The notes under the pieces were generated by a model that was given only the letters and a program-made list of their open reading frames with translations, had not been told where the DNA came from and made no database searches. The position numbers were made by a program, and so were the translations under genes. A stretch of DNA of 64,000 bases from an uncultured Cohaesibacter sp. (GTDB lineage Bacteria; Pseudomonadota; Alphaproteobacteria; Rhizobiales; Cohaesibacteraceae), in contig NZ_CAXXOW010000012.1 in NCBI RefSeq assembly GCF_963662805.2, forward strand, positions 112,154 through 176,153, read 5' to 3'. This document shows positions 27,962 through 38,620 of this stretch, piece by piece (position 1 is the stretch's first letter; each line of letters begins with the position of its first letter).

Positions 27962-28735
27962 ATGAAAGTAGCGCGTATTGCCGTAATTGCCATTGCACTG
28001 ATTGCAGGATTGTTTGCCCTCATCCTCGCCAGATCTATGGGGGGGGGCGACCAGACCAAGAAAGTCGCGGTGCGGCAGGAGCAGCCGCAACTGGAACTGG
28101 ATGAAGTTCTTACAGCGGCGAAAAACATCCCTCTTGGCACCAGTCTGACAGCAGACATGTTCATCTGGCGCAAATGGCCGGTGGACAGCACCGGGCCCGG
28201 CTTCATTCTGCGCAGCAAGCGTCCAGAAGCCGACAGCGAACTGCTTGGCTCCGTTGCGCGAAGCTCGTTCCTCGGTGGCGAGCCGATCAACGAAGGCAAG
28301 ATTGCCACGGCTGGCAAGGGCATGATGTCGTCCATCCTGCCAAAGGGCTATCGCGCGGTTGCGACACGGATTTCGCCGGAAACCTCTGCCGGCGGCTTTG
28401 TCCTGCCCAAAGACAGGGTTGATGTGATTCTCACCGAGGAGAGTGACCGGGGTGTGGCGTCCGAGACGATCCTGAGCAACATACGCGTGCTTGCCATCGA
28501 TCAGACTGTCGAGGATCAGGACGGGCAGAAGGTGGTTGTAGGTGAGACGGCGACCTTGGAGTTGACCCCGAGCCAGAGTGAAATTCTGGTCACCGCCCAG
28601 CGTCAGGGAAAATTGTCCCTCGCTTTGCGCTCCCTTGAAGATGCCAAGGGCGATGACCCGGCCGAGGACGAAAGAAGCGGCACAATCGTGCTGGTCCGGA
28701 ACGGCAATCTGATCAAGAGGACCGTAAAGCAATGA
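27962..28735 (+). CDS. cpaB: Flp pilus assembly protein CpaB/RcpC
   Basis: LPKGYRAVA, AGGFVLPKDRVDV, NIRVLAIDQ, LSLALRS; AAGGA RBS before ATG 27962. Confidence 0.95.
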   Translation: MKVARIAVIAIALIAGLFALILARSMGGGDQTKKVAVRQEQPQLELDEVLTAAKNIPLGTSLTADMFIWRKWPVDSTGPGFILRSKRPEADSELLGSVARSSFLGGEPINEGKIATAGKGMMSSILPKGYRAVATRISPETSAGGFVLPKDRVDVILTEESDRGVASETILSNIRVLAIDQTVEDQDGQKVVVGETATLELTPSQSEILVTAQRQGKLSLALRSLEDAKGDDPAEDERSGTIVLVRNGNLIKRTVKQ

Positions 28736-30216
28736 GTAGAGATTTGGAGTTCGGGACCATGGTCAAGACATCACGCTCAGCTGCCTTGCCGGCTTGCGTG
28801 CCTTCTGCATTCCGTGCGGGACTGTCGGCGCTTATGACGCTGGCTGTCCTGAGCACGATGACCTTTTCCATGGCTGCCACCTCGGCTGAAGCCGGGTCGA
28901 CAATGCGGCTCAACGCTTCGAGTGCAAACGGACGGAACCTGACGGTCGGGCTGAACAAGTCCATCGTGATCGAAACTCCGCGTGATGTGCGTGATGTGCT
29001 GGTCTCCAACCCGACCATCGCCGACGCCGTGGTCCGAAGCACTCGCCGGGTCTATGTTATCGGCAACAAGGTTGGTCAGGCCAACATCGTTCTTTTTGAT
29101 GGGCAGGGCGGCCAGATTGCCAGCTTCGACGTTGATGTTTCTCGTGACAATTCCTCACTTGCCGCACTCCTGCGTCGCAACATTCCCGGTAGCGACATCA
29201 AGGTCGAGGGCGTCGGTGAAGGCGTCGTGCTGAGCGGAGAGGTTCGCAACCCGGCCGATGCGGAAAAGGCGAAGGATCTGGCCACCAACTATGTTGGTGA
29301 CGCAAAGCTGGTCAGTAATTACATCGCCGTTCAGGCCCGTGAGCAGGTTCAGCTCCGCGTCACGGTTGCCGAAGTCGAGCGCAGCGTGACCAAGCAGCTG
29401 GGCATCAACCTCACCGCAGCCGGGAGCCGGGGCAATGCCCTGATGGGTGCGATTGTCGACACGCCCTTTTCCGCGAGCCAGCTGCAATTGTCAGAAACCG
29501 AACTTGGCATTCGTCTGGGTGCGGGTAGCGACTATGTGCAGGCCAACCTGAAGGCCATGGAGCGCAACGGTCTGGTCCGCACGCTCGCAGAACCGAACCT
29601 TACGGCGATCTCCGGGGAGCGCGCAAACTTCCTCGCTGGTGGCGAATTCCCAATCCCGATCGGACTTGACGACAACAAGATCGCGGTAGAGTTCAAGCAA
29701 TTCGGTATCTCGCTCGGCTTCCGTCCAATTGTCCTGTCCGAAAACAGGATCAGCCTTCAGATCAAGACGGAAGTTTCCGAGATCGACTCCGAGACATCGG
29801 TTCAGCTGGGTAGTCAGAGCACTCTTGCTTTGACCATTCCGGGCCTCAAGGTTCGCCGATCCGAGACAACCCTCGAGTTGCCGTCCGGTGGCACGATGGC
29901 CATGGCCGGATTGCTGAACGACGATATCCGCAAGAATATTGATGGCTTCCCTGTGCTCAAGGATCTGCCGGTCCTCGGCCAGTTGTTCCGATCCACCGAC
30001 TACAAACGGTCTCAGACAGAACTCGTCGTCTTCGTGACACCTTACATCGTCAACCCGGTCGCCCGATCGAAGACCGCCTTGCCGACGCAGAATGTCGAGC
30101 CGGCATCAGACATGAACTCAATCTTCCTGGGCCAGTTGATCCGGCGATATGACGTCTCCGGCGGCGCTCGGCGCGGCGTGAGGTATCACGGGCGCTTTGG
30201 CTACAGTTACGAGTAG
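28732..30216 (+). CDS. cpaC: Tad secretin CpaC/RcpA
   Basis: LAEPNLTAISGE, FLAGGEFPIP, KDLPVLGQLFRS, ELVVFVTP. Confidence 0.96.
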   Translation: MSRDLEFGTMVKTSRSAALPACVPSAFRAGLSALMTLAVLSTMTFSMAATSAEAGSTMRLNASSANGRNLTVGLNKSIVIETPRDVRDVLVSNPTIADAVVRSTRRVYVIGNKVGQANIVLFDGQGGQIASFDVDVSRDNSSLAALLRRNIPGSDIKVEGVGEGVVLSGEVRNPADAEKAKDLATNYVGDAKLVSNYIAVQAREQVQLRVTVAEVERSVTKQLGINLTAAGSRGNALMGAIVDTPFSASQLQLSETELGIRLGAGSDYVQANLKAMERNGLVRTLAEPNLTAISGERANFLAGGEFPIPIGLDDNKIAVEFKQFGISLGFRPIVLSENRISLQIKTEVSEIDSETSVQLGSQSTLALTIPGLKVRRSETTLELPSGGTMAMAGLLNDDIRKNIDGFPVLKDLPVLGQLFRSTDYKRSQTELVVFVTPYIVNPVARSKTALPTQNVEPASDMNSIFLGQLIRRYDVSGGARRGVRYHGRFGYSYE

Positions 30217-30225
30217 GGCCGGGCA

Positions 30226-30966
30226 ATGAACAAACAAGTTGAAACACGCACCATGCACCACAGGGCTGAGACAATGGGCAAAAGTAAAAGCGTTCTGCGA
30301 ATGGCCGGGATCGCCACCTGCGCACTGCTGCTGGTGGCTTGCCAGACCAAGAAGGAAATCACCGGGTCTGTTCCCGATGACTATCGTCTTCGTCACCCGA
30401 TCACCTTGCAGCAATCTGCTAGAACCATCGACATTCCTGTCGGCATGCATAGCGAAGATCTGACCCCGGCGTCCCGCTCGGCAATAGCCGGATTTGCCAG
30501 AGACTTCCTTCAGGAACGCGCAGCCGTCATCCAGATCATGGTGCCCTCGGGGGCCTACAATGAATCGAGTGCGCAATATGTCGCCAAGAAAGTGCGCTCG
30601 CATCTCATGCGTCAGGGTGTTGCCCACGGCCGCATCGACATGATCCCCTATTCTGCCGTGGATGCGAGTGATGCTCCGATCCGTCTTGCCTACCCTCGGG
30701 TGGAAGCCAAGACCCTGACCTGCGGTACCCATCCTGACGATATCGCGAACGACTCGACCAACCGCACCCATTTCGACTTTGGCTGTTCGACCCAGCAGAA
30801 CCTTGCGGCGATGGTTGCCAATCCGCAGGACCTGATTCAGCCACGAGGTTGGGATGCGCGCGACTCGAGCCGTCGCTCGATTGTCAATGAGAAATATCGT
30901 AACGGTGAGCCGACCTGGTCTGAAGACCTAGGCAGTGATATCGGCGCCAGCTCCGAGGTGAAGTGA
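30226..30966 (+). CDS. cpaD: Pilus assembly lipoprotein CpaD
   Basis: Lipobox LVAC, DYRLRHPI, DFGCSTQQNLAAMVANPQDL; start may lie downstream. Confidence 0.92.
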   Translation: MNKQVETRTMHHRAETMGKSKSVLRMAGIATCALLLVACQTKKEITGSVPDDYRLRHPITLQQSARTIDIPVGMHSEDLTPASRSAIAGFARDFLQERAAVIQIMVPSGAYNESSAQYVAKKVRSHLMRQGVAHGRIDMIPYSAVDASDAPIRLAYPRVEAKTLTCGTHPDDIANDSTNRTHFDFGCSTQQNLAAMVANPQDLIQPRGWDARDSSRRSIVNEKYRNGEPTWSEDLGSDIGASSEVK

Positions 30967-32291
30967 TGAGTGATCAGGCTCTACCAAACGAGGCGTTTGA
31001 AGCCCCATCGGATCTGGAGGCTTTCTCGCAGGAATTCTCCGACAAAAGCCCTGAAGAGCTTGCCGAGATCCGGCCCCTGCCGCGCATCTCGATGCATGCC
31101 TTTTGTGAATCGCCCGAACTGCTCGCAACCATAGAGGCCGTCGCATCTGACCGGCGCATGGCACGGGTTCACGTCAAGGCCGTGTCTGGCGGCATTCGGG
31201 CCGCAACTGAATTCTTTGGTGAAGCACCGACGCCGAACCTGATCATGCTCGAGGCCGACAAGCCCTACGAGGAATTGGTCGAGGAGCTGGAGCGTTTGGC
31301 TGAAGTCTGCGACATGGGCACAAAAGTGGTTCTGGTGGGCCACATCAACGATGTGCAGATGTATCGCGACCTCGTTCGGCGCGGAGTGTCTGAATATATC
31401 GTGATGCCCGTTGGACAGATCGAACTCATTCAGGCTCTGAGTGATCTCTTCAGCAATCCGGACAACGAACCGCTCGGCAAGACCATTGCGTTCATCGGTG
31501 CCAAGGGGGGCGTTGGCTCCTCGACCATGGCACACAACATCGGCTGGGCGATTTCGACCGTGCATCAGCAGGATGTCATCATCTCCGATTTCGATGTGGC
31601 GTTTGGCACTGCTGGGCTCGATTTCAACGAGGATCCACCTCAGACCATCGCCGATGCCATCAAGGCGGCGGAGCGGCTCGATGATCAGTTCCTCGAGCGC
31701 CTGCTGACCAAGTGCAGCGAACGGCTGAGCTTGCTGACGGCCCCGGCGATCCTGGACAACACCTGCGATTATGAGCACGAGTTCTTCTCGCCCATGCTCG
31801 AGCTGCTCCAGAACAGCGCGCCCTACACAATATTGGATTTGCCCCATGTCTGGAGCGCCTGGAACAAATATCTATTGCTCGGTGCAGACGAGATCGTCAT
31901 CACGGTGGCGCCCGATCTGGCCAACCTGCGCAATGTGAAGAACCTGCTGGACTTGATCGGTCAGGAACGGCGCGGTGACCGCGAACCTTTCCTCATCATC
32001 AACCAGACCGGCATTCAGAAGCGGCCAGAAATCAAGGCAAAGGATTTTGTAGCCGCCCTCGAACGGACGGACTTCGTTGAGATACCGTTTGATCCGGCAA
32101 CCTTCGGGCTTGCAGCCAACAACGGCCAGATGATCAGTGAATTGAGTTCCAGCAGTAAGCTGGCAGACATTTTTGACAAGCTTGCATCGGACCTGACCGG
32201 CAGAACAGAAGCACCCAAGGCCAGCAAGTCCCTGCTCGCACCTTTGTTGGGTAAGCTGAAGAAGCCTAAGAAGTCGAAGAAGTCTAAGTAA
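30966..32291 (+). CDS. cpaE: Pilus localisation protein CpaE/TadZ (pseudo-receiver plus MinD-like domain)
   Basis: GAKGGVGSST, FGLAANNGQM; TGATG coupling to cpaD. Confidence 0.94.
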   Translation: MSDQALPNEAFEAPSDLEAFSQEFSDKSPEELAEIRPLPRISMHAFCESPELLATIEAVASDRRMARVHVKAVSGGIRAATEFFGEAPTPNLIMLEADKPYEELVEELERLAEVCDMGTKVVLVGHINDVQMYRDLVRRGVSEYIVMPVGQIELIQALSDLFSNPDNEPLGKTIAFIGAKGGVGSSTMAHNIGWAISTVHQQDVIISDFDVAFGTAGLDFNEDPPQTIADAIKAAERLDDQFLERLLTKCSERLSLLTAPAILDNTCDYEHEFFSPMLELLQNSAPYTILDLPHVWSAWNKYLLLGADEIVITVAPDLANLRNVKNLLDLIGQERRGDREPFLIINQTGIQKRPEIKAKDFVAALERTDFVEIPFDPATFGLAANNGQMISELSSSSKLADIFDKLASDLTGRTEAPKASKSLLAPLLGKLKKPKKSKKSK

Positions 32292-32308
32292 CGCTTAGAG
32301 AGTAAAAC

Positions 32309-33763
32309 ATGTTCGGAAAACGTGGTACTGACGGCATACAGAAAGCGACGGTGGCGTCCAAGCCCGCGGCGTCTAAGCCTGCTCCAAAGAAAAAGGAGGA
32401 GTCGAGCGCCTACAAGCAGGCTGTGGAGGTGAACTATCAGCCGATTGAGGACGCCGGGAATGCCGGTCGTTCCGAACAGTATTTCGATATCAAGACGTCC
32501 GTCTTCGGCGCCCTGATCGACACCATCGATCTGGCGCAAATGGCGCGCCTCGATTCCGAGACTGCGCGCGAGGAAATTCGCGACATCGTCTCGGAAATCA
32601 TCGCTTTCAAGAATATCGTCCTGTCCATCGCCGAGCAGGAAGAACTGCTTGATGACATCTGCAACGACGTGCTTGGCTATGGCCCGCTCGAGCCGCTTCT
32701 GGCGCGCGATGACATCGCCGACATCATGGTCAATGGCGCGGAGAAAACTTACATCGAAACAAGCGGCAAGGTCTTCCTGACCAACGTCCGGTTCCGCGAC
32801 AATGGCCAGCTGATGAACATCTGCCAGCGGATCGTGTCGCAGGTTGGACGTCGTGTTGATGAATCGAGCCCGATCTGTGACGCCCGTCTTCCCGATGGCT
32901 CTCGTGTCAACGTGATTGCCCCGCCGCTCTCCATTGATGGTCCCACCCTGACCATTCGTAAATTCAAGAAAGACAAGCTGACCCTCGACCAGTTGGTCAA
33001 GTTCGGATCCATCTCCCGTGAAGGGGCGCAGATCCTCAAGATCATTGGCAAGGTGCGATGCAACGTGATCATTTCCGGCGGTACCGGCTCCGGTAAGACG
33101 ACGCTTCTGAACTGCCTAACGAACTTCATCGAAGGAGACGAGCGTATCGTCACCTGCGAGGACGCCGCTGAACTTCAGCTCCAGCAGCCTCACGTGGTTC
33201 GCCTTGAAACGCGCCCGCCCAACCTTGAGGGTGAGGGCCAGATCACCATGACCGACCTCGTGAAAAACTGTCTGCGTATGCGTCCCGAACGGATCATCGT
33301 CGGCGAGGTGCGCGGCTTTGAGGCCTTTGACCTTCTGCAGGCCATGAACACCGGCCATGACGGCTCCATGGGCACGCTGCACGCCAACAGCCCGCGCGAA
33401 GCCATGTCACGCCTTGAAGCCATGATCACCATGGGCGGTTACAATCTGCCGACCCGCACGATCCGCGAGATGATCGTCGGCTCTGTCGATATCATTGTCC
33501 AGGCCTCCCGCCTGCGTGACGGGTCTCGCCGCATCACCCACATCACCGAGGTGACCGGCATGGAAGGCGATGTCATCACCACGCAGGATCTCTTCCTCTA
33601 CGAGATCCTCGGTGAAGACGCCAATGGCAACATTCTGGGCAAACACAAATCCACCGGTATCGGTCGTCCGGCCTTCTGGGAACGCGCGCGCTACTACAAC
33701 GAAGAAGCAAACCTCGCCGCCGCCCTCGACGCTGCGTCCGATCGTGACGCTTTTCAGATGTAA
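32309..33763 (+). CDS. cpaF: Tad ATPase CpaF/TadA
   Basis: [45 protein letters not shown]. Confidence 0.97.
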   Translation: MFGKRGTDGIQKATVASKPAASKPAPKKKEESSAYKQAVEVNYQPIEDAGNAGRSEQYFDIKTSVFGALIDTIDLAQMARLDSETAREEIRDIVSEIIAFKNIVLSIAEQEELLDDICNDVLGYGPLEPLLARDDIADIMVNGAEKTYIETSGKVFLTNVRFRDNGQLMNICQRIVSQVGRRVDESSPICDARLPDGSRVNVIAPPLSIDGPTLTIRKFKKDKLTLDQLVKFGSISREGAQILKIIGKVRCNVIISGGTGSGKTTLLNCLTNFIEGDERIVTCEDAAELQLQQPHVVRLETRPPNLEGEGQITMTDLVKNCLRMRPERIIVGEVRGFEAFDLLQAMNTGHDGSMGTLHANSPREAMSRLEAMITMGGYNLPTRTIREMIVGSVDIIVQASRLRDGSRRITHITEVTGMEGDVITTQDLFLYEILGEDANGNILGKHKSTGIGRPAFWERARYYNEEANLAAALDAASDRDAFQM

Positions 33764-33772
33764 GGAGCAGGT

Positions 33773-34777
33773 ATGAGCATTCTCGGCAATGATCTGATCC
33801 TCACCATAGCCTTGTTCGTGCTCGTTGTGCTGTCCGTTCTGGGTGTGGCATGGGGACTGTTTTATCCGCGCCTCTCCAAGAACTTCAAGCGCGACAAGCG
33901 CTTTGAAGCCATTTCCATGAGCCGTGTGCAGGTGGGCGACAAGCGCTCGCGGGCGAACAACTTGGATCGCCGCAAGGATATTGAAGCCAACCTGCGCAAG
34001 ATCGAAGAGCAGCAGAAGAAGGGCAGCAAGAAGAAATCCTCGCTCAAGGCGCGCCTGAAACAGGCCGGGTTGACCCTGACCGTGCGCCAGTTCTGGACCT
34101 ACAGCGTTATCTCGGGTGTGGTCACCATGCTGATCTCGATGATCGGCGGCATGTCCATGCTGACCTCGATCGGGCTTGGTTTTGCCGGCTTCCTCGGCTT
34201 GCCGCATTTCTGGATTGCTCGCAAACGCAAGAAGCGCATGGCCAAATTTACCGCCGAGTTCCCCAACGCGGTCGATGTGATCGTGCGCGGTATCAAGACG
34301 GGCCTGCCCCTCGGCGACTGTCTCATCATCGCCGCATCGGAAACGGCCGAGCCGGTCAAGAGCGAGTTTCAGCAGGTCATCGACGAGCAGGCGATGGGCT
34401 TGCCCTTGAACAAGGTTCTGCCCCGTCTGCACGAGCGCGTGCCGATTGCCGAGACGAACTTTTTCGCGATCGTCATTTCCATTCAGATCGAGGCCGGTGG
34501 CTCCCTGTCCGAAGCTTTGGGCAACCTCAGTCGTGTTCTGCGGTCGCGCGCCCAGATGAAACAGAAGATCAACGCCATGTCCATGGAGGCCAAGGCCTCT
34601 GCGGCCATCATCGCCGCCATGCCCTTTATCATCGCCTTCATGACCTATCTGACTCAGCCCGACTACATCATGATCATGTTCACCGAACCGATGGGCAACA
34701 TGCTGCTCGCGGTGACGCTGGCATGGATGGGCGTTGGCGTTCTCATGATGCGCAACATGATTTCCTTTGAAATCTGA
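33773..34777 (+). CDS. tadB: Tad platform protein TadB
   Basis: FPNAVDVIVRGIKTGLP, GGSLSEALGNL, MSMEAKASA. Confidence 0.94.
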   Translation: MSILGNDLILTIALFVLVVLSVLGVAWGLFYPRLSKNFKRDKRFEAISMSRVQVGDKRSRANNLDRRKDIEANLRKIEEQQKKGSKKKSSLKARLKQAGLTLTVRQFWTYSVISGVVTMLISMIGGMSMLTSIGLGFAGFLGLPHFWIARKRKKRMAKFTAEFPNAVDVIVRGIKTGLPLGDCLIIAASETAEPVKSEFQQVIDEQAMGLPLNKVLPRLHERVPIAETNFFAIVISIQIEAGGSLSEALGNLSRVLRSRAQMKQKINAMSMEAKASAAIIAAMPFIIAFMTYLTQPDYIMIMFTEPMGNMLLAVTLAWMGVGVLMMRNMISFEI

Positions 34778-34836
34778 CGAAGGGGCGAATGCGTGAGTGA
34801 CGGAGATCAGAAAAGAGCAGAACGAGGGTCTAACCA

Positions 34837-35802
34837 ATGATGGGATTTGATCTTAGCGACATTTTCGCCGCATTGACGGCTGTGGCTGTGGTCGCCTCGA
34901 TCATTGCTGCGGCCATGCCCTTGATGGAAGGGGACAGCCTCAACACGCGCATGAAGGCGGTTGCCAGCGAACGCGAGCGTATCCGCAAGCGCGAACGAGC
35001 CACCCTCAATGACGGGCGTTCAGGTCGGATCTCTTTGCGAGAGGAGCCCAAGGAACTGGTCATGAATATCGTTGACCGGTTCAAGATGCGCGACGCCTTC
35101 TCCGACAAGGCCACAAGGATCAAGCTCAAGCAGGCTGGTTTCCGCTCCGAAAGCCACCTGATGACCTTCACCTTCTCGCGCATCGTCGGCCCGATGGTCG
35201 GCTTTGCCTTTGCGGCTTTCTATCTTTTCGTGTTGCTCAAGCCCGACTACCCAACGATGGTCAAGCTGTTTCTGTCGGTCCTGTTTGCTTATGCCTGCTA
35301 CTATGCACCACTGCTCTATCTTAGGAACCGTATCGCCAAGCGGCAGAAGTCGATCAACAAGGCCTGGCCGGATGCGCTTGACCTGCTGCTCATTTGCGTC
35401 GAATCCGGGATGACCGCCGAGACCGGTTTTCAGAAGGTTGCCGCGGAGATCGGCTCTGCTTCGGTGGAGCTGGCCGAAGAACTGACCCTTTTGACCGCCG
35501 AACTGTCCTATTTGCAGGATCGTCGCATGGCCTATGAGAATATCTCCTCGCGGACCGGACTGGAAACTGTCCGTGCAGTGATGACCTCGATGATTCAGGC
35601 CGAGCGCTACGGGACACCCTTGGGCGATGCCATCCGCGTGATGGCCGAAGAAAACCGTGCCGAGCGCATGAACGCCGCCGAGAAGAAAGCTGCAGCCCTG
35701 CCGCCAAAACTGACGGTGCCGATGATCCTCTTCTTCCTTCCCGCTATTTTCATCGTGGTTCTCGGACCCGTGGCCGTGCAATATTTTACCGGCAATTTCT
35801 AG
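34837..35802 (+). CDS. tadC: Tad platform protein TadC
   Basis: WPDALDLLLICVESG, ERYGTPL, AEKKAAALPPKLTVP. Confidence 0.94.
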   Translation: MMGFDLSDIFAALTAVAVVASIIAAAMPLMEGDSLNTRMKAVASERERIRKRERATLNDGRSGRISLREEPKELVMNIVDRFKMRDAFSDKATRIKLKQAGFRSESHLMTFTFSRIVGPMVGFAFAAFYLFVLLKPDYPTMVKLFLSVLFAYACYYAPLLYLRNRIAKRQKSINKAWPDALDLLLICVESGMTAETGFQKVAAEIGSASVELAEELTLLTAELSYLQDRRMAYENISSRTGLETVRAVMTSMIQAERYGTPLGDAIRVMAEENRAERMNAAEKKAAALPPKLTVPMILFFLPAIFIVVLGPVAVQYFTGNF

Positions 35803-35853
35803 GCCGTACAGGCTCTCGGGCTTCTCGTTGAAAGCCAGACCTCGTCGACCACG

Positions 35854-35878
35854 AAAAAGGGGCCTCCAAGGGCCCCTT
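35854..35878 (-). terminator. Terminator hairpin between convergent tadC and tadD
   Basis: AAGGGGCC...GGCCCCTT with an A-run on the left (U-tract on the minus strand). Confidence 0.65.
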
Positions 35879-35922
35879 GCTGGTTTGCAGGCATCGGGTT
35901 GGCATGTTTCTGCCGTTTGCCA

Positions 35923-36717
35923 TCAGCCCTGCTTTTTAAGCTGTTTCCAGTTGCCACGCTCGCTCATCATGCTCTTGAGGTAAGCCATATTTGCGTCTGC
36001 CTGTTGTGGGGAAAGCTCGTTACGAGCGATCGATTCCGCCTCGGCGAATTTGCCCTGCAAGCCGAGCACGAGGGCCAGATTCTGGCGAACGCGGCTGTCG
36101 GCTTGGGGATGCTTGGCGGCACGGCGCAGATAGCTCTCGGCCGCAACAAGATCGCCTTCCAGCAAATAGGAAAGACCGTAGTTGCTGAGCACGCTCGGTG
36201 CATCGGGTACCTGAAGAAGCGCCTTGTCATAGAAGGCACGGGCCTGATTGAATTCGCCCATCTGGTCGTAAATTGCGCCCATCGCCGATTGCAGCCGCCA
36301 GTCCGGTGTGGTTGGCGTCTGGGCTCGATCCAGAACCGAGAGCGCCTGCTGGAACCGTCCGGCAGAGGCCAGCGACTTTCCATAGGCGGCAAGGACCACC
36401 TTGTCATCGGAATGGCTGAGCGCCAATTGCTCAAGCACCGCAAGTGCCTGCTCGTTGCGTCCGGCATAGCGCAGCGCTTGTCCGTAGTTCAGTGCGACCT
36501 TGGGGTCCTTGGGGCTATGCTTGTAGCGTTCTTCCCAATAGTGGACTGTCTCCTGCAAAGCCTCCTCAGAGGCATAACCATTGCCCAGATGCGTCGAGGA
36601 CGAGACGCTCTTCTTCTTGGACGAACAGCCCGCAACGGCGACGACCAGCGCAACGGACGTAACGAGCAAGGCCTTGCGGACGCTCAGGCGTTGCGCGGAA
36701 TTCATCAGGGCTTTCAT
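35923..36717 (-). CDS. tadD: TPR lipoprotein TadD/CpaO (pilotin-like)
   Basis: Lipobox VAGC, TPR repeats, RVRQNLALVLGLQG. Confidence 0.88.
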   Translation of the reverse strand: MKALMNSAQRLSVRKALLVTSVALVVAVAGCSSKKKSVSSSTHLGNGYASEEALQETVHYWEERYKHSPKDPKVALNYGQALRYAGRNEQALAVLEQLALSHSDDKVVLAAYGKSLASAGRFQQALSVLDRAQTPTTPDWRLQSAMGAIYDQMGEFNQARAFYDKALLQVPDAPSVLSNYGLSYLLEGDLVAAESYLRRAAKHPQADSRVRQNLALVLGLQGKFAEAESIARNELSPQQADANMAYLKSMMSERGNWKQLKKQG

Positions 36718-36801
36718 GGAACAACCTCACACCACTTAAGAAGACACCGAAGGCAGGTCACAGCGAAGGGCCTGCCGGAATATACTGTCCCCTTAGCAAT
36801 A

Positions 36802-36832
36802 AAGAATTAACCCTAATGCTTGGTTAATTCTT
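36802..36832. promoter_or_regulatory. 11-bp inverted repeat containing a near-consensus CtrA site
   Basis: AAGAATTAACC-9 nt-GGTTAATTCTT; minus strand 36813-36827 reads TTAA-N7-TTAG. Confidence 0.55.
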
Positions 36833-37015
36833 GCAATTTGCATCGATTTTCACGGTGAGTTGAAACGGCTTTAGTGCGAATTTGCCCTGTTCGGGCAAAG
36901 GGCTATTTTCATGGTGCAATCTTTGCACTAGTCTTCTCGCATTCCGCCGCAAGGGTTCGACCGAACCTCCCCCGACACTCTGGCGGTCCAAACAATTCTG
37001 GATAAGAACAAACGC

Positions 37016-38401
37016 ATGTCTGACCTTTCGAAATCCGTTCCGATCTATCTTGTTGAAGCAAGCAGCGAAGTGCGCATCCCCAAGGAGTTGCCCGTCTCGG
37101 CAACCCAATGGGTCGAAGCGACCGGCTTTTCCGCCAACGAGGGCGAGATCTGTCTTGTCCCTGATATGGAAGGGGATCTGCTGGCCGTCCTGTTCGGCCT
37201 TGGCAAGAAGCCTCAATCAGCGCGCTCTCCTTTCCTGACCGGTGTCTTGCCTCCGAAATTGCCTGCCGGACGATATCACTATGTCACCGGAGAACTGTTC
37301 TCCGATGATCCGCACGGACTGTTTCTGGCGACCGTGGCCTGGTATCTCGGTGCCTACCGCTTTGATCGTTACAAGGAATATGCCAAGCCGATGCCCGAGC
37401 TTGACTGGCCGGAAGGTGTTGACCGCGATGAAGTGATGCTGCAGGTCAAGGGCTGCACGCTGGCCCGTGACCTCATCAATATCCCCGCCAACGATATGGG
37501 TCCCGAAGAACTCGAAGCCGTGACACGCGGTCTCGTCGACACCCATGGTGCCAAACTCGAGGTCACCAAAGGCGAAGATCTTCTTGCAAAGAACTTCCCC
37601 ATGATCCACGCAGTCGGCAAGGGTTCGACCCGCACGCCGCGCCTTCTGGATTTCGTCTGGGGGCCGGATGATGCCCCCAAGGTGACGCTTGTCGGCAAGG
37701 GTGTCTGTTTCGACACCGGCGGTCTAGACATCAAGCCCGGTAGCGCCATGGTCCTGATGAAGAAAGACATGGGGGGAGCTGCCTGTGTGCTCGGCCTTGC
37801 CTCGATGATCATGAGCGCCAAACTGCCGATCCGCCTCCGCGTATTGATCCCGGCGGTCGAGAATTCCATCTCGGGAGACAGTTTCCGCCCCGGCGATGTG
37901 CTCCCGAGCCACAAGGGCCTGACGGTCGAGATCGGCAACACCGACGCCGAAGGGCGACTGGTTCTCGCCGACGCCCTTTCGCTGGCAGACGAGGAAGAGC
38001 CGGAGATCATGATCGACATGGCGACCCTGACCGGAGCGGCCCGTGTCGCTCTAGGCCCGGATCTGCCGCCCTTCTATTCCGATGATGAAACGCTGGTGGC
38101 CGATCTCAGTGCGCAGGGCAAGAAGCAGTTTGACCCGCTCTGGAACATGCCTCTGTGGGATCCTTATGACGCCGACCTGTCGTCCGACATCGCAGATGTC
38201 AACCATATCACCTCGGGTGGATTTGCCGGATCGATCACAGCCGCCTTGTTCCTGCGCCGCTTTGTGGCCAAGGCCAAATCCTGGGCGCATTTCGATATCT
38301 ACGGCTGGGCTCCGAAAACCCAGCCCGCACGGCCCAAGGGCGGCGAAGCTCAGGCCATCCGGGCGATCTATGCGCATCTGTGTGAGCGTTACAAGGGCTG
38401 A
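37016..38401 (+). CDS. pepB: M17 leucyl aminopeptidase (PepB-like)
   Basis: LVGKGVCFDTGG, MKKDMGGAA, NTDAEGRLVLAD, DMATLTGA. Confidence 0.93.
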   Translation: MSDLSKSVPIYLVEASSEVRIPKELPVSATQWVEATGFSANEGEICLVPDMEGDLLAVLFGLGKKPQSARSPFLTGVLPPKLPAGRYHYVTGELFSDDPHGLFLATVAWYLGAYRFDRYKEYAKPMPELDWPEGVDRDEVMLQVKGCTLARDLINIPANDMGPEELEAVTRGLVDTHGAKLEVTKGEDLLAKNFPMIHAVGKGSTRTPRLLDFVWGPDDAPKVTLVGKGVCFDTGGLDIKPGSAMVLMKKDMGGAACVLGLASMIMSAKLPIRLRVLIPAVENSISGDSFRPGDVLPSHKGLTVEIGNTDAEGRLVLADALSLADEEEPEIMIDMATLTGAARVALGPDLPPFYSDDETLVADLSAQGKKQFDPLWNMPLWDPYDADLSSDIADVNHITSGGFAGSITAALFLRRFVAKAKSWAHFDIYGWAPKTQPARPKGGEAQAIRAIYAHLCERYKG

Positions 38402-38463
38402 GACAGGACCCGGTATCCTTCGCATCGTTCTGTGACAGGCCCAACGGATTATCCTAATTTGCA

Positions 38464-38490
38464 GGGGACCGAACATAACGTTTGGTCCCC
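38464..38490. other. Hairpin between pepB and marR
   Basis: GGGGACCGAAC-ataac-GTTTGGTCCCC; no clear U-tract. Confidence 0.45.
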
Positions 38491-38620
38491 GTCGCCTTGC
38501 GTCCCAGATGTGAATCAGGGTTTATTGGTACGGCGCCGAAACAAGTTGCCTGATGCTTTGCTGGTTGAGCGATCAGGGTCGGATGGAAATGGTAGCCAGC
38601 TATCACGTGAGTGATCATCC

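Noticed and set aside
33407-34837. 476-aa antisense ORF over cpaF and tadB
   Set aside because: Typical high-GC shadow ORF
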